DNA of 59,223 nucleotides, filler included. It is 6 parts of 6 records of this genome, joined end to end, with 100 filler letters (N's around TTAATTAATTAA, not from the genome) between each part and the next. Parts side by side here need not be neighbours in the genome. Positions count along the whole stretch, not along the records: positions 34,561 to 44,980 come from SRR31147125_6976; positions 45,081 to 59,223 come from SRR31147125_7001; 4 more parts are not named here. One strand, written 5' to 3'. The position numbers and the translations under genes were made by a program. The notes beneath the pieces were generated by a model. The model was not told the DNA's origin. It saw nothing but the letters and a program-made list of their open reading frames with translations, and searched no databases. This document shows positions 43,715-52,474 of this stretch, one piece after another (within the stretch, counting starts at the first letter, position 1; each line of letters starts with the position of its first letter).

Positions 43715-43767
43715 TGAATAAACGTTCACTTTAAGTTTATGATAATCCCGTTTAATAAAAATGTCAA
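43715..43767 (-). promoter_or_regulatory. maoC-bcd-etfBA promoter with downstream TGAA-N6-TTCA operator
   Basis: TTGACA (43767-43762)-17-TATCAT (43744-43739); TGAATAAACGTTCA at 43715-43728. Confidence 0.7.
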
Positions 43768-43830
43768 CACAAAAAGATAATTTTATTGTTTTTTCACATT
43801 TTTTGCGTTACACTTAATATAGGTGAGATT

Positions 43831-44439
43831 ATGAACGAAATAAAATACCGTCTTCCTAAAAGAAAAGACGGAAAGAAAACTTTTGATCAAATTATTGAAT
43901 CAGCAAAAAAACTATTTTCTAAAAATGGTTATTTGGCGACATCAATTAATGAAATTATTGAAAAATCTGGCATTGCAACAGGTACATTCTATATATACTT
44001 CGATGATAAATTTGCTCTATATACATACATTCTTCAAAGTTATCATACGATTATTAGAAAAAAACTAAATGATGCGATTAAAGATGCTCATACGAGATAT
44101 GATAAAGAAAGACTTGGACTTAGAGCATTCTTAAAGTTTGCATGGGATGATCCACTTGCATATCGTATTATATGGGAATCTATGTTTGTAGATCATGATC
44201 TATTTAAGGATTATTATAAAGATTTTAGTCTACATTACATGCGTGGACTAAAACATTCAGTCGATCAAGGTGAAATTAGAGATGATATTGATTTAGAAAC
44301 ACTCAGTTATATATTAATGGGTATTTCAAACTTTGTGGGTATACAAGTTATGTTTAGAGATACACTGACTGAACAAAAACTTGATTTTATCGTTGATGAG
44401 GCCATGAAGGTATTAAAAGCAGGATTATTTATTAAATAA
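43831..44439 (+). CDS. TetR/AcrR family regulator
   Basis: IIESAKKLF..GY..TSINEI...GIATGTFYIYF; AGGTGAG RBS places the start at 43831. Confidence 0.93.
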   Translation: MNEIKYRLPKRKDGKKTFDQIIESAKKLFSKNGYLATSINEIIEKSGIATGTFYIYFDDKFALYTYILQSYHTIIRKKLNDAIKDAHTRYDKERLGLRAFLKFAWDDPLAYRIIWESMFVDHDLFKDYYKDFSLHYMRGLKHSVDQGEIRDDIDLETLSYILMGISNFVGIQVMFRDTLTEQKLDFIVDEAMKVLKAGLFIK

Positions 44440-44452
44440 AGGAGAAATTTTT

Positions 44453-44635
44453 ATGTATGAAGCATTATCAAAAGCTATTGGTTCTGAAGTAACAATTCAT
44501 GTGAACAGTCACATTTATACAACATCAATATTAAAAGGTAGATTGAGCCATGTTAATGAAGATATGGTCGTGTTAGAAAAAAATAAGAAACAGTATGTTA
44601 TAAAATTAGATTCAATTATATGGTTTAATGTATAA
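44453..44635 (+). CDS. Small Sm/LSm-fold-like protein (DUF2642-like)
   Basis: IGSEVTI...LKGRL..V..D.VVL....YVI.LDSI pattern; AAGGAG RBS. Confidence 0.6.
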   Translation: MYEALSKAIGSEVTIHVNSHIYTTSILKGRLSHVNEDMVVLEKNKKQYVIKLDSIIWFNV

Positions 44636-44637
44636 AT

Positions 44638-44673
44638 AAAAACACATCTTCTTTACTTAGAAGATGTGTTTTT
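44638..44673. terminator. Bidirectional terminator
   Basis: 15-bp perfect stem AAAAACACATCTTCT / AGAAGATGTGTTTTT between convergent genes. Confidence 0.8.
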
Positions 44674-44980
44674 TTTATGATTAAATGTTTGTTCAAAGGT
44701 TGCAATTTCATTTAATTGCATAGGTTTAGCATAATAATAACCTTGGAATGTGTGTGCGCCAATTGATTTCAAATAATTGATTTGCTCAATGGTTTCTGTA
44801 CCTTCACAAATGACGTTTAAGCCTAAATCTTTTGCAAGATTAATGACATGTTTTGCAATCGTGAGTTCATCACCCGGCTTATAATATCTAATAAAGGAAC
44901 GATCTAATTTTAGCTTGTTTAAATCAAATTTAGATATATACTGCAATGAAGAATAACCTGTTCCAAAGTCATCAATTGCA
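44653..44980 (-). CDS. EAL-domain protein, C-terminal fragment
   Basis: AIDDFGTGYSSL at the contig edge, KLDRSF, EGTET, QGYYYAKP. Confidence 0.9.
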
Positions 44981-45080
44981 NNNNNNNNNNNNNNNNNNNN
45001 NNNNNNNNNNNNNNNNNNNNNNNNTTAATTAATTAANNNNNNNNNNNNNNNNNNNNNNNNNNNNNNNNNNNNNNNNNNNN
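44981..45080. other. Artificial contig spacer
   Basis: N44-TTAATTAATTAA-N44. Confidence 0.99.
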
Positions 45081-45758
45081 GGTAAAAGCACCTTTTTCAT
45101 GACCAAACAGTTCACTTTCCAATAACGTCTCCGAAAGAGCCCCGCAATTAACAGCTACAATCGGATAATAACGTCGTGAGCTATGACTGTGTATAGCGCG
45201 GGCAATAAGTTCCTTTCCAGTGCCACTCTCGCCACGGATAACAACTGTCGAGTCAGATGGAGCCACTGTTTTTACTAAATTCAATACCTGCTTGATCTGG
45301 GTACTCTCACCGATAATTTCATCAATGTGCGATAATTGTTTGATATTTTGTTGTAACTGTATATTTTCATTTCTCAGTTTGATTTGAGCGGAAGCGTTAC
45401 GAATGAGGCGGCTCAAATCATCAGGATTAAACGGTTTTATCATATAATCATAAGCGCCTTCTTTCAGAGCCTCAATAGCTGTGTCGACAGAGGCATAGGC
45501 CGTCATAATAATGATAATGATATCTTTACTTATTTCATTAATTTTTTTCTGTAATTCCAGTCCATCCATTCCCGGCATTCGGATATCCAACAACACAATA
45601 TCCCACTCTTTATCCTGAAATTGCTGCAATGCATCATAGGCATCTTTTGCAACCCCAGCCGAGTAACCGTCCTCCTCAAACCAATCATAAAGCGATTGGC
45701 GCACGGATTCTTCATCATCAACTATGAGTAAACGAAGATGGGTGTTTTTATTCTCCAT
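45081..45758 (-). CDS. Sigma54-dependent response regulator (NtrC/AtoC/ZraR type), 3' truncated
   Basis: [34 protein letters not shown]. Confidence 0.95.
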
Positions 45759-45772
45759 TTTATGGATCCCTG

Positions 45773-47434
45773 TTAATTCTTGTATAAATTTGAAGTAACT
45801 TTAACTTTTTCATCCAAATCCGGCTCTCTTAGCAAATTAATGGTAAAAATAGTGCCTTTATTCAATTCGGATTCTACATTAATATTACCATCGTGTCTCT
45901 GGATTATCCCATAAACAACGGATAATCCAAGTCCCACTCCTTTCATCTCTTTTTTCGTAGAGAAAAATGGGTCAAATATATTCGGAATTATTTCTTCAGG
46001 AATGCCACAGCCTGAATCCTGAATAATAATCTGAACAGAATCTTGAGAACAGAATGTTTTTACGCGTAATAGCCCCCCATTTTCAAGGGCTTCGATCGCA
46101 TTAACAAGCAAAGCCACCAGAGCTTGTCTGATCTGTCCCCCATCACATAATATCATATCGTTATCACATTCCAGTACCTTTTCTATTTTAATTTCCTTCA
46201 ACTTTGAATGATGGTGTACAAGCATGATACTGGAATCAATGAGATGGTGAAGACGCTCTTTGGCAAAAGTGCCCCCTGCCTGCCTTGAAAAAACAAGCAT
46301 ATTTTTGACAATATCCCCACATCTGGTAATTTCTGCCTTTATTGAACTTAGATATTTTTTTATAAACTCTTTTTTCTCTTCGGGTAAATCACTATTATTT
46401 AATTTTCGCAGGACCAGAGCCGAAAAAGTCAAGGCGCCGGCTAACGGATTATTAATCTCATGCGCAACCGTTGCAGAAAGTTTGCCCAAAGAAGCCAGTT
46501 TTTCCATTCGAATCAGATGTTCCTGAGCTCGTTCCAGCTCGCTCGATTTTTGCGATACCTTTTCCTCAAGTGAATTTGACCATTCCGTTATTTCATGCCG
46601 GGCATTCTGCAGATCCTCTGTCATTTTATTAAAAGAATGTTTTAACTGGCCGATTTCATCACTGCTTTTGATATCAATCCGATAATCCAAATTACCGGAT
46701 GCAATTTCTTCGGTACCAGCTATTAATTTTTTAATGCGTTTTCGCACAACAAAATAGATAAACAGACCAGAAAATAAGGCTACGCCAAGAATCAGCAAGG
46801 CTGCTGATGTTATAGTAGCTCTGCGGGATTCCTGCAAATGCAAGTCTACTGAAGCTAATGACATCTTTATATCAAGCACACCTAATATTTTTTGTTGATG
46901 GGAATGAGCGTGACAGGCGGCATTATAACATTCAGGTTCATTCTTAATTGGATTGATGACTCCCAGTATTCTATGACCATCAGGTGCGCGGTAAATTCGA
47001 CGATAATTTTTCGTTGGTAAAGAGACCAGAGGCTGCTCTTCACTGTGGCATATATTGCATGCCTCTGCCTGCATATCCACTGATGTATTCTTTTCAGAGG
47101 TGATTGTTGAAAAAACAATTTCACCCCGTTTATTGTAAATTCGAATTCCATCGACTCCAGGTTCATTACCAACAGTATTAATAATATGATGCACATCATC
47201 TTTATGATTTAAAAGCATACCATAACGTGTTGACCTTTTGATAATATCACTGGTGCGATCCACATTTTGGTAGACAGTTTCCATTAAATTCGCTTCATGA
47301 CTTTTATAAGTTTGAAAGGCATAAAAACCAAAACTTATCATCATGACAGTCGATAAAGATACAAACAGACGGAAACTAAGCATATGTGCGATTTTATTCA
47401 TCATAGTGTCAGAACGGAAAATTGAGACATTCAA
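45773..47434 (-). CDS. Sensor histidine kinase with periplasmic dihaem-c domain, HAMP, HisKA and HATPase
   Basis: TM1-CNICH...CYNAACH-TM2; [38 protein letters not shown]. Confidence 0.93.
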   Translation of the reverse strand: MNVSIFRSDTMMNKIAHMLSFRLFVSLSTVMMISFGFYAFQTYKSHEANLMETVYQNVDRTSDIIKRSTRYGMLLNHKDDVHHIINTVGNEPGVDGIRIYNKRGEIVFSTITSEKNTSVDMQAEACNICHSEEQPLVSLPTKNYRRIYRAPDGHRILGVINPIKNEPECYNAACHAHSHQQKILGVLDIKMSLASVDLHLQESRRATITSAALLILGVALFSGLFIYFVVRKRIKKLIAGTEEIASGNLDYRIDIKSSDEIGQLKHSFNKMTEDLQNARHEITEWSNSLEEKVSQKSSELERAQEHLIRMEKLASLGKLSATVAHEINNPLAGALTFSALVLRKLNNSDLPEEKKEFIKKYLSSIKAEITRCGDIVKNMLVFSRQAGGTFAKERLHHLIDSSIMLVHHHSKLKEIKIEKVLECDNDMILCDGGQIRQALVALLVNAIEALENGGLLRVKTFCSQDSVQIIIQDSGCGIPEEIIPNIFDPFFSTKKEMKGVGLGLSVVYGIIQRHDGNINVESELNKGTIFTINLLREPDLDEKVKVTSNLYKN

Positions 47435-47576
47435 ACATGAATTTAGCTAATAATAATAATAAAGGCGACAAAATACAACCAGTTTATCAGTCAAGATTGG
47501 TCAATATGCAGAAATATAGTGAAATTGGGATAATTAGATGGAAAAATAATAAAATAAACGCATGATTGTGGGGCTG

Positions 47577-48398
47577 TCAACGGTTCATACATTGAAAAAT
47601 TTCGCAAATAATTTTAAAATATGCCCTGGGAGGTATCATTTCTTCGTAATTTGTTAATCGCACACCGCCATCCTGCAGGGTTGGACCCAATTCTTTTGAA
47701 TAGGGACGTGCCGCCTGCTCAAATGTTTCTGTGATGTTGGCATGGTACTGGTTCAGATAATCTTTTGCCTCGCTTCCCTTTAAAAGCTGGTCATACTCTT
47801 GCTTTATCTTATTCGAATAAAGTCGCAAAAACCAGATTTCTTTTTTTTCATCAAAAGATTTCGTATTTAATTGTGAAATCAAATCAGGATTGATTTCTGT
47901 CACCGTACCATTAACAGGGGAAGCAAGTCGAAGAGTGCCGAAATTAGTCACAATCCAGCAAAACATTTTTTCCTCTTTTAATGGTAATCCCGATTGGGTT
48001 AATATTATCTCCTTGACTGGTGGTAAAAAAGTCAGGCAACTCGCGTTTATTCCGATGGATACCTTATTTTTTCCAGTTGGCTTAAAAAACCAGTACTTTC
48101 TACCATAATAGGCATCCGGATCGAATTGATGGTCCAAATGTGATGTCTCATTTAAAGTGATGCTCTTGTTTTGTGCTAATATAGTTGATGAAGTATTGCT
48201 TTCATCTTTCTTTATTTGATCCTTATCTAATGAAAAAGCCTCCTTACCACTTTTCATGATTGCATCAAAAGGGCAATTATCGCAATCCTGGTTTCGATCA
48301 CAGAGTTTGTAATCAATAATTCCAGCTTCCATCCATATACAGGGGACTTCCGAATCCGGCCAAATATTTTTTTTATTTTTAAATCGCACTATATACAC
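47577..48398 (-). CDS. GcvH-fold protein with Cys-rich N-terminal domain, no lipoyl-Lys
   Basis: PCIWM.AG..YKLCDRNQDCDNCPFD; VSIGI, SPVNGTVTEIN; C-terminal TLQDGG. Confidence 0.75.
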   Translation of the reverse strand: MYIVRFKNKKNIWPDSEVPCIWMEAGIIDYKLCDRNQDCDNCPFDAIMKSGKEAFSLDKDQIKKDESNTSSTILAQNKSITLNETSHLDHQFDPDAYYGRKYWFFKPTGKNKVSIGINASCLTFLPPVKEIILTQSGLPLKEEKMFCWIVTNFGTLRLASPVNGTVTEINPDLISQLNTKSFDEKKEIWFLRLYSNKIKQEYDQLLKGSEAKDYLNQYHANITETFEQAARPYSKELGPTLQDGGVRLTNYEEMIPPRAYFKIICEIFQCMNR

Positions 48399-48526
48399 TC
48401 ATTTTATTATCATCATTCATTCTTACCACCAGTCAAGATATTTTACTTTTCAGATTAGTAAGATACGGAGTTTAAAGCTCTTTTAAAACAAGAAATATGA
48501 TTTTATTATCATTAGGGATATTTAAA

Positions 48527-50107
48527 TCACTCAGAGCTATGGCAAAACTCGCATTCTTCAACGCTAAAACTATCCTCATCATTATGACATGTACCACACT
48601 GTTTACCGTCATACAGTTTTTCCATATTTACGGTTCCTAATGCACCGGCACGTACGGGTCTGAGTTTAAACATTTTCAAGTGACATGTTTTACAGTTAGG
48701 TTCATCAGGATCGACATGCGATTCATGATCAAAAGTAACCGGACCGGGACTATCCTCACCAGTCTCAAATGTTACAGGATCAGGCAGAGTCATGTCAGAT
48801 GTAATCACACTTTCAACTACAGTCTCTTCCACAAGAGGCACATTTGAGGATTGTTTTGAAAATCCCAATCCTAATTCAAACACAACAATCAGTAAAAGTA
48901 TACCTAATACCAGAATCACTTTTTTACCGGACGACCCTGCAGCAATAAGCGGTGCAGGATGTCTTTTTTCTTCAGAAACTGACTTTTCCTGATCAATCGC
49001 TGAGGGAAAAACAGGTAAATATTTACAGGCCATCCTGAAAATGAAAAATCCTGCGCTTACTATAGATGCCGTTATCACTAACTCCATCCAGGATGGAATA
49101 TAATTGACACCAAGAGCTCCAGTCATCCCTGTCACACTTACGTTTAATCTGTTTAGCACAAATCCCAATAAAACGAAAATAGAAGCCAGAAAAAGCCCGG
49201 CTGTATTATTACGTATTTTGGGCATGAGCAATAAAATCATCGGTATGATGGCACCTATCAGAATTTCCATTATAAACAGCATACTTTCGGTAGAGCCGGC
49301 AAAAATATACGGTAATGCATGGTTAGCTATTAAGGTCTGAAACCTTAATACAAGTAAAACCGCGAGCACAACAGCAATGGCGCGTCCTAATTTCACCAGA
49401 AGCGAAAATTCCAACTCTTTACCAAAAGCCCTGGCACTTAGATAGGATTCAAATATAACCATTGCAAGACCACCAGCAACAGCTGAAACAAAAAACAACA
49501 GTGGCAACCACTGAGAGTACCAAAGTGGGTGTAATTTATTGGGCACGATAACATACAAGGTGCCTAATGATGATTGATGCAATATGGAAAACAGAACTCC
49601 TAATACGACTATAGGAACAGTAATTTTGTGAATCACACGAAGAGGTTTTTCCCACTTTAGCTTTTCCAGCAACATGGGCGAAAATTCAAGCAAAAGAACC
49701 GTTGTATACAGCATCACGCACCAACCAACTTCAAACATAACCGAATGATGATTCCATTGAATGATTGGATGCCAAACTCTGTAAGGGCGCCCTAAATCGA
49801 ACAAAAGGCCGACAATAACCAATAAATAACCAAGAAAGGCAGTAAGTACTGTCGGACGCGCGATCGGTTTATAATCCTTTAAATTAAAAATGTAAACAGT
49901 TGCCGTCAGGACAAATCCACCAGCGGCTAAACCAACACCAACCAGGATATCAAATCCAATCCAGATTCCCCATGGAAACTGATCGGAAAGATTGGTCGTT
50001 GCTCCCAAACCTTTTGTAATTCGTATAAATGTGGCGTAAAGACCCAAAGTCCATATAATCACTAAAACAGAACGCCAAAATGTTATTTTTGGTATTCGAA
50101 TATTCAT
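48527..50107 (-). CDS. NrfD/HybB/HmcC-family membrane subunit fused to a trihaem cytochrome c7-like domain
   Basis: PWGIWIGFD, DLGRP, SVMFEV, LHQSSLG, NRLNV; an extra TM then FDHESH, CKTCH, CGTCH, CEFCH. Confidence 0.9.
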   Translation of the reverse strand: MNIRIPKITFWRSVLVIIWTLGLYATFIRITKGLGATTNLSDQFPWGIWIGFDILVGVGLAAGGFVLTATVYIFNLKDYKPIARPTVLTAFLGYLLVIVGLLFDLGRPYRVWHPIIQWNHHSVMFEVGWCVMLYTTVLLLEFSPMLLEKLKWEKPLRVIHKITVPIVVLGVLFSILHQSSLGTLYVIVPNKLHPLWYSQWLPLLFFVSAVAGGLAMVIFESYLSARAFGKELEFSLLVKLGRAIAVVLAVLLVLRFQTLIANHALPYIFAGSTESMLFIMEILIGAIIPMILLLMPKIRNNTAGLFLASIFVLLGFVLNRLNVSVTGMTGALGVNYIPSWMELVITASIVSAGFFIFRMACKYLPVFPSAIDQEKSVSEEKRHPAPLIAAGSSGKKVILVLGILLLIVVFELGLGFSKQSSNVPLVEETVVESVITSDMTLPDPVTFETGEDSPGPVTFDHESHVDPDEPNCKTCHLKMFKLRPVRAGALGTVNMEKLYDGKQCGTCHNDEDSFSVEECEFCHSSE

Positions 50108-50136
50108 AATATCTCTTCCTGTCTCTTCAATTGTTT

Positions 50137-50900
50137 TTAACTGTTTGTAATATCATCCAGGCTTTTCGACTGTTCATCGCTATTTTCAAGTTTTATGCGG
50201 CGATTAATTATCCACCACATTCCAAACAAAAGAACTCCGGCAGTGCTGACAATATTGGGGATCTTTGACAAAACGTTCCAGGTTAAAGAGGGGTAAGGAT
50301 CCTCTTGTACATCCGTTGGAAAGCCCAACTCTGCAAATGGAACCGATGATAAATACAGAACCGATGTTCCGCCAGCCTCTTTTATACCGTATATGTGATT
50401 CACATAACGTTTTGGGTCATTCTTTATTCGACGATGAGCTTCCTGAATAAGCTTATCCCGATCACCAAATATGGTCGCTCCGGTCGGACAGGCAGATGTA
50501 CATGCGGGCTGTTGACCCTTTTTAAGAGCTTTATCATAACATAATATACACTTTTGTACTTTTGGCAACGGATTATCCCATTCATATTTTGGGATGTTAA
50601 AAGGGCAGGCAACCATACAGTATCGGCAGCCCATACATTTTTTTCATCATAAATGACAGCCCCTTCGGCAGTCTTTTTCAAAGCACCCACTGGGCATGCT
50701 GAAGCACAGGCAGGTTCTTCACAATGCATACATTGTCGTCGAATGTGCAATCCCTTGCGTTTTTCAATGGCCGTCCAGGTATCGGCCGAAAGTACATTCG
50801 TGGGCGTATCTTTGGGCAAATCATTCATTTCCTTACATGCCAAAACACACGCCTCACACCCCATACATTTCGTCAAGTCTGTAAGAACAGCAGCATTCAT
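50137..50900 (-). CDS. HybA/HmcB-like 4x[4Fe-4S] protein with C-terminal TM; frameshift at the homopolymer near 50638-50644
   Basis: CMGCEACVLAC, CMHCEEPACASACP, (C)MGCRYCMVACP, KCILC..PACTSACP, YG.KEAGGT. Confidence 0.9.
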
Positions 50901-51643
50901 TTTTTATCCGTCTCCTGTGTTTGCGAATCGACAACTGACAAAAAAAGATTCTCAAATTTTGTCCATGTTTCCTGATCCATATTTGTCAGCACACCTTTTC
51001 TGGGTAAGCCACCATCTTGCATCGTTGGCATCAACTGAGGCTGGGGTGTCATCTGATTTAAAAACTCTCTAAAACGTATCACCTCTTGCTTCATCCAATG
51101 ACATGCTTCATCTCCAATTAAAAATTCTTTTAAACTTGAACCAAGTTTGGCTGGTTGTAGTGTCACAGCCCAGGACTTGTCCAGAGGCAAATTGTCCAAT
51201 TGATGTGTATCTTTGTTTAATTCCTGATTAACTTCCTGAATGACACCATCAGCAGGAGATTTTAATTGAATTCTTTTATCCCCTTGTTGAATGGTCATGA
51301 CAGGTTCATTTTTGCTGATTTTTTGCCCTGCAGTTGGCAATACAATACGATCTATCTGTCCCATTGCATTTAAAATGAATCGATCGGCACCAATACGAAA
51401 TTTACCACTTGGCAACAACACATTCCATAAATGGCCTTTATTGACAAAGACACCCTCAGGAAGAAACAGATCATCTTCAGCCCTTGCGACACCATCTGAG
51501 GATCCCGCGGCTAAATTAGAAGCAGGTGCTGTTTTCATAACAGCTACTGCACGCTTTTCCTGCCTGTATTGGATAGCATAATCAACAATTAAGCAGGTTA
51601 AAATCATTGCTACAAAAAGTAACGCAACCATATTCCAGTCCAC
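50897..51643 (-). CDS. Membrane-anchored GcvH-fold protein, no lipoyl-Lys
   Basis: N-terminal TM; GHLW..FRIGAD, LP..GQ, SPADGVIQEVN; C-terminal TMQDGG. Confidence 0.8.
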   Translation of the reverse strand: MDWNMVALLFVAMILTCLIVDYAIQYRQEKRAVAVMKTAPASNLAAGSSDGVARAEDDLFLPEGVFVNKGHLWNVLLPSGKFRIGADRFILNAMGQIDRIVLPTAGQKISKNEPVMTIQQGDKRIQLKSPADGVIQEVNQELNKDTHQLDNLPLDKSWAVTLQPAKLGSSLKEFLIGDEACHWMKQEVIRFREFLNQMTPQPQLMPTMQDGGLPRKGVLTNMDQETWTKFENLFLSVVDSQTQETDKK

Positions 51644-51645
51644 CT

Positions 51646-52278
51646 TTATTTTTTCTGTTCACAATCCGCACAATTAAAAAATTCTTTACAAAATTCTTTC
51701 CATTGTTCATCTGAAAGTTTTCTACCAAAGCCATGCAACAACTCACCTCCATCCTGCATTGCCAAACCCAATTGACCGGCATAATCAGCAATGAATTTGG
51801 CACGTGCACTTTTCAGCCATTTGGTCACTGCGCCTGCATGAATCAAATTTGCCATGTTTTCCTCAAGATTGGTAGCTGCCACCTTCAAAATCCACTTATC
51901 CGTAACAGGATCTGAATTAATTTCAGCCACAACTCCATCAACAGGCATTCTTTGCGTGACAGATCTGTCGCCAATATTGACCTTCCAGGCAATTTCACCC
52001 TGTTGCAAGGTATCGCCAACCTGTGGAAGTTCAAAAGCATCAACATCACCAAACGCTCTTTGGGCAAACTCATCCATCCCAATGTCCACTTTACCCTCGT
52101 CAATTATTTTAACACGAGTATGGCTTGGATGAACGAATTCGGCATTCATAGCAAAGGCAGAATCTTTTTCATTTACTTCGGACACAGCAGGCACAACAGC
52201 CTTTTTGGCCCTTTTCTCATGTAGAAAACTCAAACCAATGAACAAAATAAACATAATTGCGACAATCAAGACAACCAT
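51646..52278 (-). CDS. Membrane-anchored GcvH-fold protein, no lipoyl-Lys
   Basis: N-terminal TM; HPSHT..VDIGMDEFAQ..GDV..ELPQVG, PVDGVVAEIN; C-terminal AMQDGG. Confidence 0.82.
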   Translation of the reverse strand: MVVLIVAIMFILFIGLSFLHEKRAKKAVVPAVSEVNEKDSAFAMNAEFVHPSHTRVKIIDEGKVDIGMDEFAQRAFGDVDAFELPQVGDTLQQGEIAWKVNIGDRSVTQRMPVDGVVAEINSDPVTDKWILKVAATNLEENMANLIHAGAVTKWLKSARAKFIADYAGQLGLAMQDGGELLHGFGRKLSDEQWKEFCKEFFNCADCEQKK

Positions 52279-52338
52279 GATGATTTTTCCTTATAGTATT
52301 TGTTTTTTTGTTTTCGGTTATTTGATTTGTTCACCTAA

Positions 52339-52360
52339 TGCAAAGCAATCACCAGACCAA
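52339..52360 (-). promoter_or_regulatory. Sigma54 -24/-12 promoter candidate
   Basis: Minus strand TTGGTCTGGTGATTGCT (GG-N10-GC), with an overlapping second register CTGGTGATTGCTTTGCA, about 65 bp before the first ATG. Confidence 0.65.
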
Positions 52361-52474
52361 ACTTTGCTTTTTCAATAAAAATCTAAAATAACATCATTTG
52401 GTTTTGTTTTTACATAAATTACACATATCTTAACAAGAGAGTAAATGATCATTTTAAATTAAATACAACTTACT

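Noticed and set aside
44653-44980. c-di-GMP EAL domain in a mollicute-like contig
   Set aside because: Acholeplasmas are known to carry GGDEF/EAL proteins; the fragment is uninformative.
48527-50900. Annotation as a hydrogenase-2 operon
   Set aside because: No small or large hydrogenase subunit or maturation genes on the contig.
47577-52278. Annotation as a glycine cleavage system or sHdr-type LbpA lipoate carriers
   Set aside because: The lipoyl-Lys is absent, and there are no gcvP/T/L, lipoate ligase or shdr genes nearby.
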